Origin: Mobula hypostoma
Taxonomy: Eukaryota
Direction of reading: 5' to 3'
NCBI RefSeq assembly: GCF_963921235.1
Contig: NC_086107.1
Location: 101,248,001 to 101,312,000, forward strand
DNA length: 64,000 bases
The position numbers were made by a program, and so were the translations under genes. Of this stretch, positions 35,761 to 48,612 are shown piece after piece (the stretch's first letter is position 1; each line of letters starts with the position of its first letter). Under the pieces are notes generated by a model. It saw only the letters and a program-made list of their open reading frames with translations. It had not been told where the DNA came from and searched no databases.

Positions 35761-38585
35761 TGGGGGGTGGGGGGTGAGGCTGTGGAGGTAGTCGACGCAC
35801 GGACTGCCAACTTCCAAAATTCCATGCATTCTAAAACTATTCCCACTGATCGGAGCATTGAAAATGTCGTTCCACTATTTATGAGAGGAGGGAGAGAGAA
35901 AATGGAGAAATATAATTCAGTTAATAGGCAGGGAAAATTCTAGAACCTATTATTAAGGGGAAATGATATTGAAATTCACAAAACGTTACCAGTGCATGTG
36001 AATCTTTACCTCACCAGCTGTTTAGGTCCCTGGCTGGTAGTGAGGGAGGAGGTGTAAGGGAAAATATTGCAGTCTCTGTGACTGCACGAGAAGGTACCAG
36101 GGGTCAGACAGGAGTGGGTGGTGAGGGATGGGTGGGCCAGAGACTCGGTGAAGGAGTGGTCCCTGTGGAAGGCAGACAGGGTGAGGGGGGGTTGAAGGGA
36201 CTGATGGTGGGATCTCATCGCAGCTGCTGGACATGATGAAGTTTAGGTGCTGGATGCAGAGGCTAGGGAGGCGAATTCTGAAACCCGCACAGTTTGTCAG
36301 CTTACTGCTTCATTCATACACCCTTACCTTCGATCCTGGGTGTCAGCACCTCACAGGACCTACCCTAGGCCCAGCACGTGCAGAAGGCACACCAGTGACT
36401 ATGCTTCATTAGGAGTCTGTGGAGATGTGGTCTGTCACCGAAGACTCCAGCAAGTCTCTACAGACGGAGAGCATTCCGACCTCGTGTGGCGGCTCCGGTG
36501 CACAGAATCGACAGAAGCTGCAGGGGTTCGTAAACTCGGTCAGCTCCATCATGGACAAGAGCCTCCCTACCATCGAGGACACCTTCAAAAGGCAGTGCCT
36601 CAAGAAGGTGGCAGCCATCATCAAGGACCCTGACTATCTGGTACATGCCCTCTTCTCATTACTACCACGAGCCTGAAGACCCACACTCAACGTTTCACGA
36701 ACAGCTTCTTCCCCTCTGCCATCAGATTTCTGAATGGACCATGGACCCATGGACACCACCTTACATTTCCTCATTTGCATTATCTATTGTTTGTAACTTA
36801 TAGTATTTTTTTTGTCTTGCTGTCACAGAAAAACAACATATGTCAATGACAATAAACCTGCCTCTGATTTTCCCCGTGTTCCTGCTGCCCATTTTAATAA
36901 GATCACGACTGACTTTTGACTTCAGTGCTGCCTTCCCGCACCAAACCCTTAGCCTATCTGTCTATCCTGGGCCCGATGTATTGATGCAATTACAAAGAAG
37001 GCAAGCCAGCGGCTATGTTTCATTGGGAGTCTGAGATTTAGAATGACATCAAAGAACTTAGCAATTTTACACAAATGTACAGTGGAGATGATTCCAACGG
37101 GTTGCATCACCGTCTGGCACGGAGGGGCGACTGCAAAGGATCGGAAAAAGCTGCAAAGGGTCGCAGACTCAGGATGCTAGCCTCCCGGCATCGAAGACAC
37201 CTTCAAAAGGCAATGGCTCAAGAAGGCAGCATCCGGTATTAAGGACCTTCACCATCCAGGAATGCCCTCTTCTCATTGCTACCTTCAGCGAGGAGGTACA
37301 GGAGACTGAAGACACACACTCAATGTTTTAGGATCAGCTTCTTCCCCTCCGCCATCAAATTTCTGAATGGTCCATGAACACTACCTCACTTTTTTCTCTC
37401 TTTTTGCACTACTGATTAGTATTTTTAATATTTATTGTAACTTATAATAATTGTTATGTATTGCACTGTTGTTGCAAAACACTGATATAATACTTGTTAT
37501 CATTGACACAAATTTCACAACATATGTCGGTGATAACAAACCCTATTCTGATTCTATTTCTGACTTTTGGTTCCCTTAATATCTTTCGATCTCGGGAGAT
37601 TCCACTGTCACAGATCTGGAGATGAAGGATGTGGGTCCGATGAGGATGTCGGGAAAACTGTGGAGTTTTCTGCAGAGTGGAAAGAGTAGGAGGAAACTTT
37701 CTAAAGGATCTCACAATTTTGAGGGGCTTTAGTAGAGAGAAGTTATTTCCATTGGTTGGAGGGTTGACCCGAAGATTTAAGATCACTAGCAAAAACTTCA
37801 GTGGGAGATGATTAGGAAGCACACCAGCTCCTCTGCTTCCTCAGAAGGCAAAGGAAACTGAACAAGTCCCCAAAGACCTTCAGCAAGCTTTACAGAAGCC
37901 CATAGAAGGCATTCAATCTGGATGCACTATATCTTGGAGCATCCAAGGCTGCCAGAATTTCCAGGGAGTTATGAACGAAGCCCAGCCTATCACAGAATCC
38001 AGCCTCCACTCCACTGTAAGGCCTGGACAGAGTGGACTTGGAGAGTAACAGAGTCCAGAATCTGAGGGCATTGCCTCGGAATAAACGTTGTGCCCCTTTA
38101 GAACTGAGGTGAGGATCAATTTCTTCAGTGAGAAGGCAGTGAAACTATGAGGAGCCATGGCCTTTGAGGACAGTGAAGGTCAAGTCATTGGGTATATTTA
38201 AAGCAGGTTCTTGTTTTCTAAGGGAGAAGGCGGGAGAAAGGGGTTTGAGAATACAAGTCAGCAATGATTTTAGGGCTTGATGGGCCAAATGGCCTAATTC
38301 TGTTCCTGTTTCTTATGTTCCATTACATTTCCCTCTGTATCAGAAAAGTAGCCAACAAAATCAAGGGCTCTCACCCCGGACATTCTCCCATTGAGCAGAA
38401 GATACAAAAGCCTGAAAGAATGAACCACCAGGCTCAAGGACAGCTTCTATCCCGCTGTTATCAGACCACCCCTATGCCAAAAGATGAACTTTTATACACT
38501 TGATCTCCCAATCTACCTGGTTGTGATCCTCACACTTTCTTTGTCTACCTGCACCCGCGTGCTCTCTCAGTGCAAGGCTGCCCCC

Positions 38586-39060
38586 AGTGGCCACTTTATT
38601 AGGTACACCTGTACGCCTGCTCGTTGATGCAAATATCTGTATTGGCCAATCACGTGCCAGCAACTTAACGCGTAAAAGCATGCAGACATGGTCAAGAGGT
38701 TCAGTTGTTGTTCAGACCAAACCTCAGAATGGGGAAGAAATGTGATCTAATTGACTCTTGACCGTGCAATGATTGTTGGTGGCAGACAGGGTGGTTTGAG
38801 TATCTCAGAAACTGCTGATTTTGTGGGATTTTCTCACGCAGTAGTCTCTAGAGTTATAAAGAATGGTGCAAAAAACATTTTAAATGAAACATCCAGTGAC
38901 TGGAAGTTCTGTCGGTACAAATGCCTTGCCAATGAGAGAGGTCGGGGGGAATGGCCAGACTGATTCAAACTGACAGGAAGGCGACAGTAACTCAAATAAC
39001 CACAGGTTACAACAGTGGTGTGCAGAAGAGCATCTCTGAACACACAGGAGGTACCTAAAG
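38586..39060 (+). mobile_element. Tc1-like non-autonomous DNA transposon
   Basis: Starts CAGTGGCCACTTTATTAGGTACACC; transposase N-terminal remnant (IVGGRQGGLSISETADFVGFSH..VSRV). Confidence 0.8.
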
Positions 39061-39710
39061 AATCTGAATCAGTATCAGTTTTAATATCTCCAGCATATGT
39101 CATGAAATTTATTAAAAATAGGAAATAAAAAAAGTAGGGGAGAAGTGTTTATGGGTTCAATGTCCATTCAGAAATTGGATGGCAAGGGGGAAGAAGCTGT
39201 TCCTGAATAATTGAGTCTTCAGGCTTCTGTACCTCCTTCTTCATGGTATCGATGAGAAGAGGGCATGCCCTGGGTGGTGGGGGTCCTTAATGATGGACGC
39301 CGCCTTTTCGTGGCATTGCTCCTTGAAGATGTCCTGGATACTACAGAGGCTCATTCCATGATGGAACTGGCTAATTTTACAACTCTCTGCAGCTTACTTC
39401 GATGCTGTGCAGTGCCCTCCGCCCCCAATACCAGACTGTGATGCAGCCAGTTAGGATACTTTCCACAATACTTCTGTAGAAATCTTTGAGTGTTTTTGGA
39501 GGCATACAAAATCTCCTCAAACTCCAAATGAAATATAGCCGCTCTCTTGCCTTTTTTGTAGCTGCATCAGAATGTTTGGTCCAGGTTAGATCCTCAGAGA
39601 TATTGACATCCAGGGACTTGAAATTGCTCACTCTTTCCATCTCTGATCCCTCTATGACTGGTGTGTGTTCCCTCGTCTTATCCTTTCTGAAGTCCACAAT
39701 CAGTTCTTTA
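39060..39710 (-). mobile_element. Rex1/Babar-like LINE 3' fragment
   Basis: TKELIVDFRK...FK.L.VNISEDLTW...RLYF..SLRRF...ESILTGCITVWY. Many similar fragments elsewhere (~6430, 15840, 27860, 29640, 36360, 36960, 48700, 58330). Confidence 0.85.
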
Positions 39711-41037
39711 GTAAAGTGGTATCTAATAAAGTGCATATAATGCACCCTGTTTTCATTTTTACTATCTTGATGTGCTTCCAAACACATGCGACCTTCCTGG
39801 TAGTCAAAAAGCTAAGAAATCCGACTTAAAACATCACTAAAAATACCCTTTCTGAGGTAAATTTTGTTAAATTATCGGTGCAAACAGTGAAGGGGTGAGC
39901 GATGGTGAGGTGAGTTAAGGGGATAAATCGAACAGATGGAGTTCCGATGCTGGTGCAGCTGGCCCGGGAGGGAGGCTGGGTTATTCTGAGCGCCGAGCTG
40001 ACTTGAAGAGCTTGAGAGGGGCTTTGGGCCGGGCGGCAAAATCTGAGCCCGGAGCGAGTTGCTGGGCAGTGTGGCCTAGGCCCGGGGTCCTTTGCAGCAG
40101 CGGTGCCTGGGTCCCTAGTGCGAGGTCTGATACACCATTGAGACATTTTAAACGCCGGCCCAGATTAGAAGCAAGAACTGATTTCGCCCGTTCTCTGCCA
40201 TGTTCACTCCTCTCTCCAGTGTGCTGGAGCCTTTTGTTGTTCCATTGTTGGGTCAATTTAAACACCGGCCCGGATAGACTGAAAAGACAGGGTGTCGGTC
40301 GGGACAAGAGCCAGTTTCTCTTGTTCTCCGCAATGGTCATCTCCATGGCACTGAGGCTATGAAGACTGCACCGGCTGCTGAGCTCCATGCCCCCCAGTAT
40401 GATAAGCAAGGCTTTGGGCCTTCTCTGGGCTGCCCTAGGGTTCAGATCTGAGGGGTCAATTTTGGTTCAGAATATTGTTGTTCTCAATTGTTTGTACGAT
40501 TTTTTTTCCTTTCTCCTGCACATTGGGTGTTGGTCTTTCATTTTTATTTTTATTCTTTTTTCCTTTAATTGTTTTTTTTGGGGGTTTCTTGCTTGGTAGC
40601 TACCTGTGAGCAAGCAAAGCTCAAGACTGTATAATTTATACATTCTTTGATAGTAAATGTACTTGAATCTTGACTTGAATCTAATTATGCATTGCATGAT
40701 CTGTCCGGATGGCAGACAAAACAGAAGATTTCCACTCTTTCTTGGTACATGCTTTGATAGCAAAGCAGTACCAAGAAATACTGAAAGTGATTTAATTCAA
40801 TCTAAAATCTGGGTCTTAAGTATAAATAAAGGTATATGATATGAATTGGCGGCAGTAGATTGGGAAACTGCATTACAATAGATGGCAGAAAGGAACGAGT
40901 GACTAACACGACCTAGTTTACAAAGCATAAGCAAATAAGAAAAACTGACAGAAATCAGTCGACCATCCATGGTCATTAAGAGAATTTATTCAAAATTAGA
41001 TCTGAGTCAGAAGAAAAATAAGGTTCAGGTTTATTAG

Positions 41038-41455
41038 TGCTGCCTCCAAGACGATCACAACCTTGTGGTTTGGAGGCCTGTGTGCCTCAACGACCCGGAG
41101 AGCTACGTTGGCTGGAGTCAGGGCTTTACATTTTGGCTCTTGGTAGGGTCACCCATGCCGAACAGGTCAAAGGGTAGAGGCCAGACTGGGAGTCCTCCAG
41201 GTTCAGGGGTTCAGCTCAGGGTTAACAACCCTGACAGGTCAAACAAAATTGTTACAGAATCAGCAATGAAGAATCCTTTAACATCTGAGTGTGACAGTAT
41301 TCCTGAGTCTCCACCCGGGACTTGCATGACTGACAGGAGTGAAAACTGAGAGGAGGCTACTTATGGGACGAAGGAAGCCCTGAACATTGGCAGAGATGCA
41401 GTCCTTCGTTGTCACCCTGAACGCCAGTGGCCTAACGGACAGTAAGTAAGTAAGT
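41038..41455 (+). mobile_element. Non-autonomous RTE-type element (5' UTR joined to an (AGTA)n tail)
   Basis: GGTAGGGTCACCCATGCC.AACAGGTC..GG..AGAGGCCAGAC resembles Rex3/Expander-type RTE 5' UTRs; ends AGTAAGTAAGTAAGT. Confidence 0.55.
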
Positions 41456-41866
41456 TATTTTCACTGACATATGTCTTGAAATTTGCTCTTTTGAGTCAGA
41501 AGAACAGTGCAAGATATAAAAATTACTACAAGTTTCAAAAACATACAGTGTAAAGGAGAATAGCAAGGCAACGTTCATGGATTCCTAGACAGTTCAGAAA
41601 TCTGACGGTAAAAAGGAAGAAACTGTTCCTAAAATGTTGAGAGTGGGTTCAGACATTTGGAGAAGGACATGGATGGGAAAGGCTTAAGGGGTACAGGTAA
41701 CTGGGGCTATTGGTCAGCATGGACAAGTTGGGCCGAAGGGTCTGCTGTTTTCCTCAGTGACTCTATGCTTTTATTTTATTCTCCCCTTTGATACCCTGTA
41801 CATTGCCTCTCATTTCATTTTAATTTATTACTTTCCATCACTAGAAACCTCCTCCCCTTCTAACAT

Positions 41867-41902
41867 TGTGTGTGTGCGTGTGTGTGTGTGCGTGTGTGTC
41901 TG

Positions 41903-41963
<61 letters not shown>

Positions 41964-41970
41964 CTGTGTG
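41867..41970. repeat. (TG)n microsatellite
   Basis: Directly visible. Confidence 0.97.
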
Positions 41971-43432
41971 CATGTGTCCCTGTGTCTCTCCCCCTGCCGC
42001 ACCATGCTCCCCTCAGACAATACGAGACCCTGAAACCGGTGAAACCACCCTTGTACCTCAGTACGTGAATGATAAAGCTCACCACACCTTCCATGGAGCA
42101 ACACAACCTGTGGCTGTTTGAAGATATAGACTACAGACCCGGTACAAACCTCCTAGTGATACCCTATCCTCCTGTACACATGGATACCTGGACCACCCAG
42201 GGCAGTGGTTCAGGGACCCAGAGAGAGAGAGAGAGGGGGGCCACCGACCTTGTGACCACAAGGTCCTCCAGGTCATCAGGAGGATCAGTCATTTCCCAGG
42301 GACAGCGTTCCCAACAGTGGTCCTACCTACCTCCAGCCGGTTACACAGGGTAGGGCACATCACACACACGATGCCAGAGCCTGGCAAACAGACACTCCAC
42401 TCCCAGTTCTGCTTTGGGCACACACTTCCAGTCAGACAGGAAGGAAGATTCCTGGATTTGTTCAGCGCCTCCTTCAAGGAATGAAACAGTGCCACTAGCT
42501 CCTGGGAATCTCTGGCCTACAACTGCTCAGAGTTTAGAAACAGCATGGTGGATGGCCCTGGGAACACTGAGTCTGGGGATCAGGAGCCCGGTGTAAATCG
42601 AAGGAAGAGGGCAGCAGTTCACAAACTGCTCACCCACCAAATCAGAGGGGAAGCAAGCCCTGGAAGCCAGGGAGTCATGCAATACAGCAATAGTCCCTTT
42701 GGCACAAGAGCAGAGGGACATAAACTACGTGCAGGTGAACAAGGGTACTTCCAATCGGCATCAAGGTCAGCACAGACACTGGGCTGAAGGGCCTGTTCCT
42801 GTGCTGTACTGTTTTATGTTCACATCACGGCTCCCCCTAAGCTGCGAGCATGCACGGCCACACAGTAACTGAAATGCTCCCGCACACATAGCCTTCATTG
42901 CCACGCAGCTGGAATTGGATGCAGCTAGAACAGGATTACGAAACATAAAAAGATTTTTTTTTGTTATACTGCATTTTATTATACTCTCCAACGAATAAAT
43001 ATAATCAAAATTATGTGATTTTTCAATTTCCATTCTAAATGCTCATAATATGCATATTACAAAAACAACATTTAAAGTGCCATGCAGTTTCAGGCCATGT
43101 AAAAGTTTCCTGCACAAAGCAATGGTTGGTCTGTGCAGCTGTAAAAAAAATTAGAGGGAATGTCAGTTTACATCCATGCTGACTTTTTTGTCCATTCTCA
43201 CTATAATTTCCTTTGCCTGCACTAGGTCTATTTCCTTCTATGGTTTGCCTATTTAAATATCGAAGTATCTCTTAAATGTAATGATTGTATCTGATCCCAC
43301 CACCTCGTTGGGCAGTGAGTTCCAGATCTCAACTGCTCTCAGCTTTCCCCACACACCCCCTTTAAAGCTCTTTCCTCTCACTTCAAACCTGTGCCCTTTT
43401 GCTTCAGAGTTGAGTCTTTTATCACCGACATT

Positions 43433-43710
43433 GGGGCGGCACGGTAGCGTAGTGGTTAGCACAACGTTTTGCAGTTTCCAGTGACCCGGGTTCGATTCCC
43501 ACCGCTGCCTGTAAGGAGTTTGTACGTTCTCCCCGTAACTGCATGGGTTTCCTCCGGGAGGTCTGGTTTCCTCCCACAGTCCAACGATGTACCAGTTAGT
43601 AGGTTAATTGGTCATTGTAAATTGTCCCATGACTAGGCTAAGGTTTAAATTGGGGATTGCTGGTCGGCACAGCTCAAAGGGCCAGAAGGGCCTACTCTCA
43701 TTAAATAAAA
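43433..43710 (+). mobile_element. Full-length V-SINE (HE1-like)
   Basis: tRNA head (TAGCGTAGTGG / GGTTCGATTCC), V core GGAGTTTGTACGTTCTCCCCGT...GGTTTCCTCCCACA, CR1-like tail GGGCCAGAAGGGCCT. Confidence 0.85.
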
Positions 43711-45680
43711 AGCATCATGAAATTAGTTGTTCTGTGGCAGCAGTACAGTGGAATACATAAAATATACTATAACCTACAATAAGAAATATATCTAAACTAA
43801 AATAAGTAGTGTAAAAATAGTGAGGTAGTGATCATGGGTTAATTGTCCGTTTAGAAATCTGATGGCGGAGGGGAAGAAGCTGTTCCTAACTGTGGAATTT
43901 TGACCTCTTACTTTATTTAAGCCTCTTATGATCTTATATAGCCGTCAACTTCCTTCACTCCAGGGAAACCAGTCCCAGCCTGCCCAGCCTTGATCCTGGG
44001 GGACTACATAGGATGAAGTGTAAATGAGGGGGAGGAGAGAAGAAGAAGTAGTTTAACGTCGTTTGCTTGGTGCATTTCCAAGCCCATGTCACGCGGACCT
44101 GGGGATTGTAGTGGAAATCACTAGGATCCTATCAGCTTCGGGATCAGAATCCTAGGCCAGGGACTGGAGGCTGGAGGCCTGGCTGTGTGTGTGAGTGGGA
44201 GGAGAGGGGCTTGTTTTGCTGTTGTTGTTGCCTAACTGCTGCTTGTGTTGTCCTGATTATCATCGTGCGCATGCTTTGCTGTGATAACCCTGCTGGGCTG
44301 CTGCCAGCTCATCCTTAAGCCTGAGAAGAGTTTATTCATCATTTGGATTTGATGTTTCTCTCTGAACGACTTTTATGTTCTTTCTTTGTTTCATGGCTAT
44401 CCGGAGAAGGCGAATTTCAGAGTTGTATATGGATACATGCTTTGATAATAAGTGAACCTTTGAACATACAGTCACACAAAAAGATAATCAAGTAGATACT
44501 AGTCCCTGAGTATCATGTCTTGTTGACTGATGGCGCATGGCATGTCGTTGGCAAGGACAAGCCCACTGCAGTCCAATCATCACACACTAAACAAAATAGT
44601 GCAGCCACAGATGAACACAAACAGCTTGTCTTCCACCAAGCAAACTCTAGAGGGCAGCACCAACAAGAGGGGGAGCAACTCCCAACGCAGGTGGGTGCTG
44701 TTCCACACTGCCTCCAGCGCCTCCTCCCCAGGCACCTGCAACAGGCAACCCCGCGGCACGAGGTCCTACTCCGCGCTACAACCGAGGCCACGCAGCTCCC
44801 TCGCCTTTGGTCTTTCCAACGTAGCAGTGAACCGATCTTGTAGTAATCCACGTTACCAATGTCCAGCAGGGTCTAGCGATCACAAGAAAAACGTCCAAGA
44901 CAATCACCCGCTCTGCTTGCTGGATCGCGCACCGCCTCTGACAGCTTCTTCCTTGGGTGGCTGAAGCAGGCTGCAACACAAAGTCCAACTCCACTGCTAT
45001 TCAGCTACTTGCTAGTGTGGTAGATGTTCTTTCCACTCAGGGAAGCAGCCATCATATTCAAAGACCCCTCCAAAACTGGCCATTCTCTCTACTTCATCTT
45101 CCCATCAGGCAGAAGATACAAAATCCTGAAATCGCAGGTGACCAGAGTCAAGGATATTTTCTATCCCACTGTTATAAGACTCTTGAATGGATCTCTTACA
45201 CAATAAAGTGCAACTTTTGACTATTTGCTCTACCTTACTTGAGGTTCCTGATAACCAGCAGTGTCTGCGATTGTGAAAAAAAGAGCAAAGGACGAACAAC
45301 TACACCTTTGGTTGGACCCAGAGAGCTGCTGCGTCCAAGCACGACGCCATTTTAGCAGGACAGTGGACTGTCCATTTTCACAGCTGCCCCTCTCCCCACC
45401 GATTTAATTAGTGATTGGTTTATTATTGCCACATGTACCGGGAAGGGATACAGTGAAAAACTTTTGCTTGAACACCATTCATGCAAATCAGTCCAAACAT
45501 AAGCAGATTGAGTTAGGACAGAAGAAAAAGCAATGGAGGTCACAGAATGTCGTATTACTCTTGCAGAGAAAGTGCAGTGCAGACCGACAAACTTGTTGTA
45601 CGGGCCATGACAAGGTAGAGCAAGCAATCAAGAGTGATCTTTATTGTATAAAAGAGTTCAAGTGTTATGAATCTCATAAT

Positions 45681-45978
45681 AGGCATCTGTTAGTCTCGTG
45701 AGACCATGGATTTGCTTGTAAGGTTTCCAGGGCGCAGGCCTAGGCAAGGTTGTATGGAAGACCGGCAGTTGCCCATACTGCAAGTCTCCCCTCTCCACGC
45801 CACCGATGTTGTCCAAGGGAAGGGCACTAGGGCCGATATAGCTTGGCACTGGTGTTGTCGCAGAGCAATGTGTGGTTAAGTGCCTTGCTCAAGGACACAA
45901 CACACTGCCTCAGCTGAGGCTCGAACTAGCGACCTTCAGATGACTAGACCGATGCCTTAACCACTTGGCCACGTGCCA
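45681..45978 (-). mobile_element. tRNA-derived SINE, same family as 5359
   Basis: Reverse-complement similarity over its full length. Confidence 0.85.
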
Positions 45979-47054
45979 AACAGTGTTATAATAGTCAAGA
46001 CTCTGAGAACAGTAAGATAGAAACATCTTTGATTCTGTTCAAATGTGTTTTCAAGGTTGTGTGTCTTCTGCCTGACAGGAAGAAGGAGAAGAGAGAACGA
46101 CCAGATTTGGAGGGGCCTTTGATTATGATGGCAGCTTCCCTGAGTGGGAAGTGTGGACGGAGGAGAGGCTGGTTTTCAAGCATTCACCGCCCTCTGGAAT
46201 TTCTTGTGGTCTTGGGCAGAGTAGTTGATATATCAAGCTGTGATGTATCTGAATACAATGCTCTCTGTGAGGATCTATACAAATTGGTGTGATCACTAAG
46301 GACATGCCAAACTTCTTTTATCTTCTGAAGAAGCTTCCTTGGCCGTAGTTCTACATGTCATGGCAGAGGTGTTACCACCTATCCTTACAGATTGCAGTCT
46401 ATTGATGGAAATGTCAATCCCTTCAGATCCCTTTGAGTGGGTACATGAAGCTGACAGCTTCCTCCTTTGTCAAGACATCTTTCAGTAAGATCTAAGATAT
46501 TGTAATTCACTTCATTCACGGCATTGACAGTTTTAAGCTCAGATAGATACCATTAAGCATTACAAGAATCCTTCTTTGTTGACTTCCCACCATTTTCCAC
46601 CCTAAATGTGGAAGCTGGTGGTGAAGTTGATGGGTGCAGTCGCTAAAGTAGTGTAGAAAGAGTTGGGGAGTTGGGGTGTGTTAGCAGTGTGGACTTGCAG
46701 CATGGACTGCTCCATGTAGGCAACGAAAAGGCAGGCATAGCCGGGGCCCTTACGAGTGCCCGTGGCCACACCTTTGGTTTGGAGGAACTGTGAGGAGCCA
46801 GAGAGTAATTGTTGAGGGCGAGGGCTAGTTTTGCCAGATAGAGGAGGGTGGCGGTGGAAGGGTCTGATTGTCAAGTTTTTGGCCAGAAGTACCTCAATTG
46901 TAGAGGAAAAAGGAAGCTTGAGGACTAAGGGTTAACAGAGTCATGGGGACAGCATGATAAGATGCAGAATGGGTCTATCTTACTTGTACTAACAAACAAT
47001 AGATCACGTCTTTAATGAGGGACTGTTGACCCTTGTCTGAAAGGCAATGTGATT

Positions 47055-48612
47055 CACACATAAAGTTGCTGGTGAATGCAGCAGGCCAGGCAGCATCTCT
47101 AGGAAGAGGTACAGTCGACGTTTCGGGCCGAGCCCCTTCGTCAGGACTAACTGAAGGAAGAGCTAGTAAGAGATTTGAAAGTGAGAGGGAGAGGGGGAGA
47201 TCTGAAATGATAGGAGAAGACAGGAGGGGGAGGGATGGAGCCAAGAGCTGGACAGGTGATTGGCAAAAGGGATATGAGAGGATCATGGGACAGGAGACCT
47301 AGGGAGAAAAAAAGGGGGAGGGGGGGAAAAACCCAGAGGATGGACAGGGGGTATAGTGAGAGGGACAGAGGGAGAAAAAGGAGAGAGAGAAAAAGAATGT
47401 GTGTATATAAATAAATAATGGATGGGGTACGAGGGGGAGGTGGGGCAATAGTGGAAGTTTGAGAAGTCAATGTTCATGCCATCAGGTTGGGGGCTACCCA
47501 GACGGAATATAAGGTGTTGTTCCTCCAACCTGAGTGTGCTTTCATCTTTACAGTAGAGGAGGGCGTGGATAGATCCTGCTTTCTCTGGCAGACAGAGCGT
47601 AGGTGTTCAGCGAAACGATCTCCCAGTCTGCGTCGGATCTCACCAATATATAGAAGGCCACATCGGGAGCACGGGACGCAGTATATCACCCCAGCCGACT
47701 CACAGGTGAAGTGTTGCCTCACCTGGAAGGACCGTCTGGGGCCCTGAATGGTGGTAAGGGAGGAAGTGTAAGGGCATGTGTAGCACTTGTTCCACTTGCA
47801 AGGATAAGTGCCAGGAGAGAGATCAGTAGGGAGGGATGGTGGGGACGAATGGACAAGGGAGTCGCGTAGGGAGCGATCCTTGCGGAAAGCGGGGGGGGGG
47901 AGGAGGGAAAGATGTGCTTGGTGGTGGGATCCCGTTGGAGGTGGCGGAAGTTACGGAGAATAATATGTTGGACCCGGAGGCTGGTGGGGTGGTAGGTGAG
48001 GACAAGGGCAACCCTTTTCCTAGTGGGGTGGTGGGAGGATGGAGTGAGAGCAGATGTACGTGAAATGGGGGAGATGCGTTTAAGAGCAGAGTTGATAGTG
48101 GAGGAAGGGAAGCCCCTTTCTTTAAAAAAGGAGGACATCTCCCTCGTCCTGGAATGAAAAGCCTCATCCTGAGAACAGATGTGGTGGAGACAGAGGAATT
48201 GTGAGAAGGGGATGGCATTTTTGCAAGAGACAGGATGAGAAGAGGAATAGTCCAGATAGCTGTGAGAGTCAGTAGGCTTATAGTAGACATCAGTGGATAA
48301 GCTGTCTTCAGAGATAGAGACAGAAAGATCTAGAAAGGGGAGGGAGGTGTCGGAAATGGACCGGGTAAACTTGAGGGCAGGGTGATAGTTGGAGGAAAAG
48401 TTAATGAAGTCAACGAGCTCAGCATGCGTGCAGGAAGCAGCGCCAATGCAGTCGTCGATGTAGCGAAGGAAAAGTGGGGGACAGATACCAGAATAGGCAC
48501 GGAACATAGATTGTTCCACAAAGCCAACAAAAAGGCAGGCATAGCTAGAACCCATACGGGTGCCCATAGCTACACCTTTAGTTTGGAGGAAGTGGGAGGA
48601 GCCAAAGGAGAA
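47055..48612 (-). mobile_element. 5'-truncated Penelope-like retroelement (RT + GIY-YIG endonuclease + pLTR)
   Basis: ORF 47719-48567: MGTRMGSSYACLF, FLRYIDD, LPFLD, VYYKPT.SHSYL; ORF 47474-47722: VIYCVPCSRCGLLYIGE.RRRL..RF.EH. Frameshifted. Confidence 0.93.
47112..47149 (-). ncRNA. Minimal type I hammerhead ribozyme motif in the Penelope pLTR
   Basis: TAGTC-CTGACGA-A-GGGGCTCGGCCC-GAAAC-GTC|GACTG; further copies at 12128-12165 (-) and 59895-59932 (-). Confidence 0.75.

Noticed and set aside
34877..35800. 307-aa ORF
   Set aside because: Runs through a decayed Penelope end, a pyrimidine-rich UTR and a MITE; not a coherent protein.
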